From Macrostomum lignano (taxonomy: Eukaryota): 64,000 nt of DNA. Location of the stretch: assembly GCA_002269645.1 (NCBI GenBank), contig NIVC01000020.1:310001-374000 (forward strand), given 5' to 3'. This document shows, one piece after another, positions 58,175 through 64,000 of this stretch. The stretch's first letter is position 1. Each line of letters starts with the position of its first letter. The translations under genes were made by a program, and so were the position numbers. The notes under the pieces were generated by a model. It had not been told where the DNA came from. It worked only from the letters and a program-made list of their open reading frames with translations, and searched no databases.

Positions 58175-58815
58175 TGTCACTTTCAAGTGGCTTTGATCCG
58201 TGACAGTGCGGTGTGCCAGCAGCAACACAGGTCCAATTCAAAGCGAATCCTCACTTGCAATCTACGTTTCAGGTGCTAGGTTGCTACGTCTCTTTAGAGT
58301 TCTTAACTGGTGATTGAAGACGGCAATCACTTTACTGGAACTAAAGTACTGGAAAGGAAGAGATGCGAACGGAGAAGCCAGCTTGCCAAAGTTGTCCGGC
58401 TCAATGGCTTTGTATTTACACGACTAATCGAATTTAAATGGAAATTCGGATCGCATCAGCAGGCAGCTAATTAGGGATTTTGAAATTCCATACCGGGGTT
58501 TTCATTACTCGATCTCGCCAATTCTGCGCTGCGTTGACAGCGGATGGAGATCTGCGTCAAAGTATCTGCCAATTCTTCAAATTGGCACTCATTTCTTGAA
58601 ACGGGAAGCTGGGCTGCTGCGATGCGGAGGCGGCTTTCGCGATCGAACCAGTGTGAGATTGGCCTGAAGCATCAAATTTACCGCCAGCCCCAGCCGTGGT
58701 TCCGATTTCAATTTGCCGAATTGCTTCGATAAAAGGATTGAAATTCTGCTTTGGAAAACCATCGGTGGAGCCTTACACGCCTATAGTCCCTACCAGATCA
58801 TTTATTCGCTGGAAC

Positions 58816-59380
58816 ATGCATTGCCGGCGCCTTCTCACCGTTCTGCTCGTGTCGGTGGCTCTGGCATGCTCTGCGGCAACTCAGGGTGCGTCTGGCGTTT
58901 GTACTTGACGTACTGCTTGATAGCGGCTCTCGAGGCAGTTGAGACCAGCCTCCCAGATCCTCAGGCTTGGCCAGCCTCCCAGATCTTCAGGCTTGGCCAG
59001 ACCCAGATCCTTAGTCTTGATCCCCCTCTCAGATCCTCAGCCTTTGGCCCTACCAGATCTTCAGGCTCAGGTAAAATGTTTTTTTGCTGCTCAAAAGAGA
59101 AATCGCTCAACCCACAGAAGACAGCTATTTTGTGAGGGTCAGCGAGTCCGAGCTGCAGTTTATTTGCGGCATCTGCCAGGAGTGCCGCCTGTGCAGGCAG
59201 CTGCCCGGAAGGCCGTTTGATGAGGCGCTGCCCTTCCACAAGTTCGAAATCCACGTGGTGGACATGGACCCGAATCCAGTGAATCGGAGCAAACGAATTG
59301 TCGACCTGACCAAGCCGGCCAGGTACCACTGCGGCAAGTGCCCCACCTGCTACTGCTACTACAGGGCCTGGAGGAAATAG
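58816..59380 (+). CDS. Small secreted cysteine-rich propeptide, 2 exons (58816-58885, 59118-59380), about 110 aa
   Basis: Hydrophobic signal peptide MHCRRLLTVLLVSVALACSAATQG; phase-1 GT-AG intron; mature part with CGICQECRLC, furin-type RSKR and CGKCPTCYC; GC-rich codons; in frame (333 nt). Confidence 0.75.
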
Positions 59381-59869
59381 GGGCCACGAGTCGCCAAGTC
59401 AGCTTGATTTAACAAATCAATCGACAAACTCTCGCGATAACTTACTCAAGTGACAGTCGTTACAATTTCGGATTGCCAGTTGTCAGGTTGCATGTACTAT
59501 AGTATGGGCCTGCCTGAGTTTACAGTGCTGTATGAAAATTGAATTCCAATACATTGACATCAACTTCACTTGGAGTAGCAATAAAGACGGTGAAAGAATT
59601 AAAAGAAGGCAAGGCGATGTCCTGCGAGAGTTACAAGCGTATTATTGAATAAATGTCAAGATGTTATCTCCCCTTATACTAAAACTGACGCGATGTTTGT
59701 CTGTCTGTCTGTATGTAGTAAGTGAACTCCTACAATTCTGCCAAGTCAGCGTTGAAACTTATATGGGAAAACTGCAAATTTTCCGAAGCAGGCCTGCTTT
59801 TTCAGTTGCACGGACAGGATTTCTGCTTCGCGGAGAGGATCTTGATGGATTTGGCATCTTCAATCAGTC

Positions 59870-61140
59870 AGAGAAGAGAGTAAAGAGAAGAATGAAAAGA
59901 GAAGAGAGATGAGATGATAGAAAACAGAGTAGAAATGAGTGGAGAGATTAGACATGACAGATGGGAGAGAAGAGGGGAGTAAGGCGGGAACGAAGGAGAG
60001 AGAAGAGAAGAGAGAGAGGAGAGAGAAGAGAGAGGAGAAGGGAGAGAGAATAAAGATCAGAAAAAATGTGAGAGTTATGAGAAATAAGCAGTAAGGAGAA
60101 AGAAGAGGGTTAAAGATAAGAGTGCAGAGAGGAGAGATGAGAGATGCAATGAGAAAAGAGAGTGAGAAAATAGGAGAGAAGAGATTAGAGAATAGAGAAG
60201 GTAGAAAATGAGAGGAGAGAAGAGAGAATAGAAAGGATAGAAAAGAGAGAAGAGAGGAGATAAGAGATGGTAGAAAGGAAGGAAGAAAGATGGAGATAAG
60301 AAAGGAAAGGGTGAGAGCATATAGGAGATATGAAAAATAGGAGCAGAGAGGAGAGAGAAAAAGAAAAGATAGAGGTTAGAGGAGAGAGATAAGAGAGTAA
60401 AGACATGAGAGAGTAAATGAGAGATGAGAGAGGAGAGAAGAGGGGAGAGATAAGAAAGAAGAGAGGAGACAGGAGACAGAAGTGAAGAGGAGAGATACAT
60501 GTATGAGAGGAGAGACAAGAGACAGGAGAGGGTACAGACGAAAGACGAGGGAGAAGAGGTAAATAAGGGTGTAGAGATGAGATGAGAGAGAGGAGAGAGA
60601 AGCGAGAGGAGAAGAGAGAGGAGAGAGGAGAGAAATGGAAGATCAGAGATGAGAGAGTTAAGAGACGAAAGTAGTGAGGAGAGGAGAGATGAGAGATGCG
60701 ATGAGAAAAGAGATGAGTGAGAACATAAGAGAAAAGTGATAAATAAGGGAGTAGGGGTAGAGATAAAATGAGAGAGAATTTTAATAGATTTTTGTTTCGT
60801 GGAGAGGAGCTCAATCGATTCGCCACCTTCAGTCAGTCAGATAAGATCGATTAGAGAGAAGTGAACAGAGAAGAGAGGAGAGATGGTAGAAAAGAGAATA
60901 GATATGGGAGAGGTGGGATTACAGATGCGATGAGAAAATAGATGAGCGAGAAAAGAAGAGACAGAAGAGATTACAGAGAAGAGAAGAGAGGGGGAGAAGA
61001 TGAGAGGAGAAAGGAGAAAAATGAGAGCGCAGGACGCAGAGTTGGGAGATGAGAGATGATACATAAGACAGTAGAGATGAGAGTGGACAGATGAGAGACT
61101 AGAGATGAGATAGCAAAGAGGAGAGAGGAGACAGAAGACT
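59870..61140. repeat. Degenerate GA-rich polypurine tract
   Basis: Almost entirely G/A on the + strand with scattered T. Confidence 0.9.
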
Positions 61141-61337
61141 CTGAGTCTAGACAATGGCAGTCAGTTTTTGCAAACATGGAAAACAAGATATGATATTTGA
61201 AAGGCCTTACAGAGTATTTGGAGACGATTTGGAAGATGGGGTTTAAGTCATGGGATTTCAGCTGATGGATTTCAGGGAATGGAATTCCGGTGATGGGATT
61301 TCTTCCCCTATCTCCTCCGGAGGAGGAGTTCCACTCG

Positions 61338-61930
61338 TCTACCTATAAAAATCAAAACTCTGTCTGTCTGTCTGTGTGTGGACAATTTTGATCGCTATGG
61401 ACTCCCAAACCGCTCAACCAAATTACACCAAACTTTACACCCACCCTAAACTTACTACGGAGAATGTCTTAGGCTACCTTTTAATTTCCTAGACTCAAGT
61501 CTTCCTACCTAAAAGTACAAAAAACTGCTCAAAATGCGCAATTTTTTCACTAAATCCTCCATAGCGCCGCTCCACTTCTACCGATTCTCTTTAAATTTGA
61601 CACAGGCAATTTTCAACTATTTTGACACAATCGTGTAAAATTTCAAATCTCAAAGTTAATCCTGAGCGGTGCTGTGCACTTTTAAAGTTAGGCTGTTTTT
61701 TTCAGCGTAGCAACCACCCCAACCTCCGCCCGCCTGCCTCTCTTTCCCGATCTGGGCCCAGATGTGTAAAAGGGTTTCAAAATTGACTAACTTTCAGCTG
61801 CCATAAGTTTGCTCCACGTAAAGCGATTGACTTCAAACTTGACACAGTTCTTCATTGACTCATTCTCTATCTAAATGTAAAGTTTCAACTCTGTAACTCA
61901 ACCGAAAAAGAAACTGTAAGCATGTGAAGT
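61338..61930 (+). mobile_element. Possible non-autonomous Helitron-like element (similar 5' motif also at 59667-59720)
   Basis: Begins TC-TACCTATAAAA followed by (GTCT)n and AAACCGCTCAACC...CCAAACTTT, the layout of HINE/DINE-1-like 5' ends. No 3' hairpin-CTRR was identified. Confidence 0.35.
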
Positions 61931-62544
61931 TTGTCTGCTTTTTCTGTTGTTTGTGCCACTCACTCACTCATTCCCCCAGAGCCAGACGAAGAGTCAGGCG
62001 ATAGGACTGAATGTACATAGCAAATGTACAGTGTTTTGGAATAACTTTATTTATAGCCTTCTCTGCACCCCGCGAGTGGAGAGGCGTAGAGAGGAGAGAC
62101 AGTTTAGCGAGAGATTCAAACCACTGTCCTCTGTATAGACACAAGTCTGCAGCAGTTTAACAGTGGATGGCAATTGGCAATTGGCAAATCGAGGGAATCC
62201 ACTATCCAGCATGGTTTGTAAAAGCGAAAGATTTATGAAAAGGCGATGCGATGCAATGCAATACAACCCTACTAAATTGGGCACACCATGGAAATTTTAG
62301 GTTTCTTTTAAAGGTACTGTGTAAATATTAAATGGCCTCCTAAGAAATGCGTATTTCCTTGGTTGTTAGACTGATGCAGACTGCAGTGGAGCTGAAGATA
62401 CAAAAATTCCTTTCAGGGCTGCAAATTGGCAAGAAAGATGACGTGATCAAAGCATGAGAACAACCATGAGAGTACTACGTCCCACAAACTGGCTTTCCAA
62501 GCAGGGATGGGCAGACTTTTACCTCAAAGGCCAGATAAAGAATC

Positions 62545-63215
62545 CAGCTCATAGCTGAGGGGCAGATGAAAGTGGAAAGAAGAAGGAATAGACGATTCGA
62601 AGAGAGGAGAGGCGACAGAGGGGATAAAAGAAAAGATAAAAGATAATAGGAGAGATGAGGGGGTGAGGACGATGAGAGAGAGGGGGAGAAGAGGGGAGAG
62701 AGGAAAAGCGAGAGGAGAGAGTAGAGATGAGAGAGCAGAGAGCTGCAGATGAGAGGAGAGAGGAGACAGCAGAGAGGAGAGCAGAGAGGAAACAGGTGAA
62801 AGAAGAGATGAGAGAGTAAAGGGAAGAGAGAAGAGATAAAGATACATCTCTACATCTCTAAGGTTGTAGAGATGAGAGAGGTTGAAGGAGAGATGAGAAA
62901 TGAGAGATGAGAGATAACGGAGAGAGGAGAGTGGAGTGAGAGAAGAGAGGGAGACAGAGTATAGAAAAGGGAAGAGAAGAGAAAAGAAGAAAGGAGAAAG
63001 GAAAGTAAGGAGTCAAAAGAGGGGAAAGAAAAGAGTACAGAGGAGAGAGGTGAGAGAACATATAAGACAGAGATGCCAGATTAAAGAGGGGGATGAGAGA
63101 GCAGAGACGAGAGTGAACAGATAAAAGATGGGAGAGTAGAGAGAACAGAGGAGAGGAAAGAGGAGAATGGAGAGGGGAGAGAGTAGAGAGAGGAGGAGAG
63201 ATAAGAGAGAAAGAC

Positions 63216-63311
<96 letters not shown>

Positions 63312-63390
63312 TAAGAGAGAAAGACAGAGAAGAGAGAGAGAGAGAGAGGGAGAGAGAGAGAGAGAGGGAGAGAGAGAGAGAGAGAGGAGG
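62545..63390. repeat. GA-rich polypurine tract ending in (GA)n
   Basis: Degenerate GA sequence grading into near-pure GA repeats at 63220-63385. Confidence 0.9.
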
Positions 63391-64000
63391 GCGCCTCCAA
63401 TCTCGGGCACTGACACGGTAGAAAGTCAGAAAGGACTGAAAAAAGTCAATTTAAATTGAGTAGCCGATATTTCGAAATTAAATTTCTTCGTCAGGGCTGT
63501 AAGCGAGTGAAGTTTATTTGGCGCGAATTGCCGTCAAAATATAAAGGCGATATCGCCAGGGAGAGACGATCGATAAATTGATGTGCTCAAGCACTTAAAA
63601 CAGTGCGCATGGTCAGTACATTAAAACGAGTCCGAGACTATGAGAAAAGCGGGGGTGGCTAAAACTGTACAATTGGGCCTAGACGACCTTTAAGTGTAGA
63701 ATAAAAATTGCAAAAATAAATGGCGAAATAAATAGGTAAGGTAAATAAAAATAATTATTAAATGCTCAGAGCAAAAATGCAGGTGCACCGTACACAGTGT
63801 CAGAAAAATGAATAAAAAGCAGAAAATAAATAATCTGAATAAATCGAAATAAAGTCAATGAAAAAATCACAGAGGGGAAAATAGCAGTAAAGGAGCCTTT
63901 GTACAGCTGATCTCAATTGGCAGAAGCTGGTTCGAGCTGGCTGTGGCAGAGTAGATCCCGAAGGCTCCTCCCTTTAGTGAAGGCCGGCAGTACAGGGGCA

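Noticed and set aside
59160-59360. CxxCxxC read as a 4Fe-4S ferredoxin, or the precursor read as insulin
   Set aside because: The signal peptide and furin site argue against a cytosolic Fe-S protein, and the Cys spacing lacks the insulin A-chain CC motif.
60075-63421. Leu/Ser-rich and Arg/Glu-rich ORFs
   Set aside because: Translations of GA/CT low-complexity tracts.

Overview
Eukaryotic (metazoan) genomic DNA with spliced genes. Minisatellite-filled introns, GC-rich exons and AG acceptors just before many start codons suggest a flatworm such as Macrostomum; this species call is inference only. Left to right: a decayed RNase H-bearing non-LTR retrotransposon end; a mariner remnant; a 7-exon SSUH2-like gene whose introns hold unrelated tandem repeats; an intronless tandem CCCH zinc-finger gene (-); a ~1020-aa orphan gene with an internal repeat motif (-); a cluster of highly divergent Rel-homology-domain (NF-kB/NFAT-like) genes; a FAM166/CIMIP2-like ciliary gene (-); a CpG-depleted second mariner remnant; a TMX1-like thioredoxin gene; a probable solo LTR; a small secreted two-cluster Cys-rich propeptide gene; and long GA-rich tracts. 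The Rel cluster has one complete type-1 gene, one 5'-truncated type-1 copy and four intact type-2 genes, inside a ~12-kb tandem segmental duplication showing gene-conversion mosaicism. It is the strongest candidate for an undescribed system: two subfamilies with altered DNA-recognition loops, no ankyrin repeats, and p50-like versus acidic-tailed architectures. Gene models were built by hand from GT/AG sites and frame continuity. No database searches were run; family calls rest on recalled motifs.
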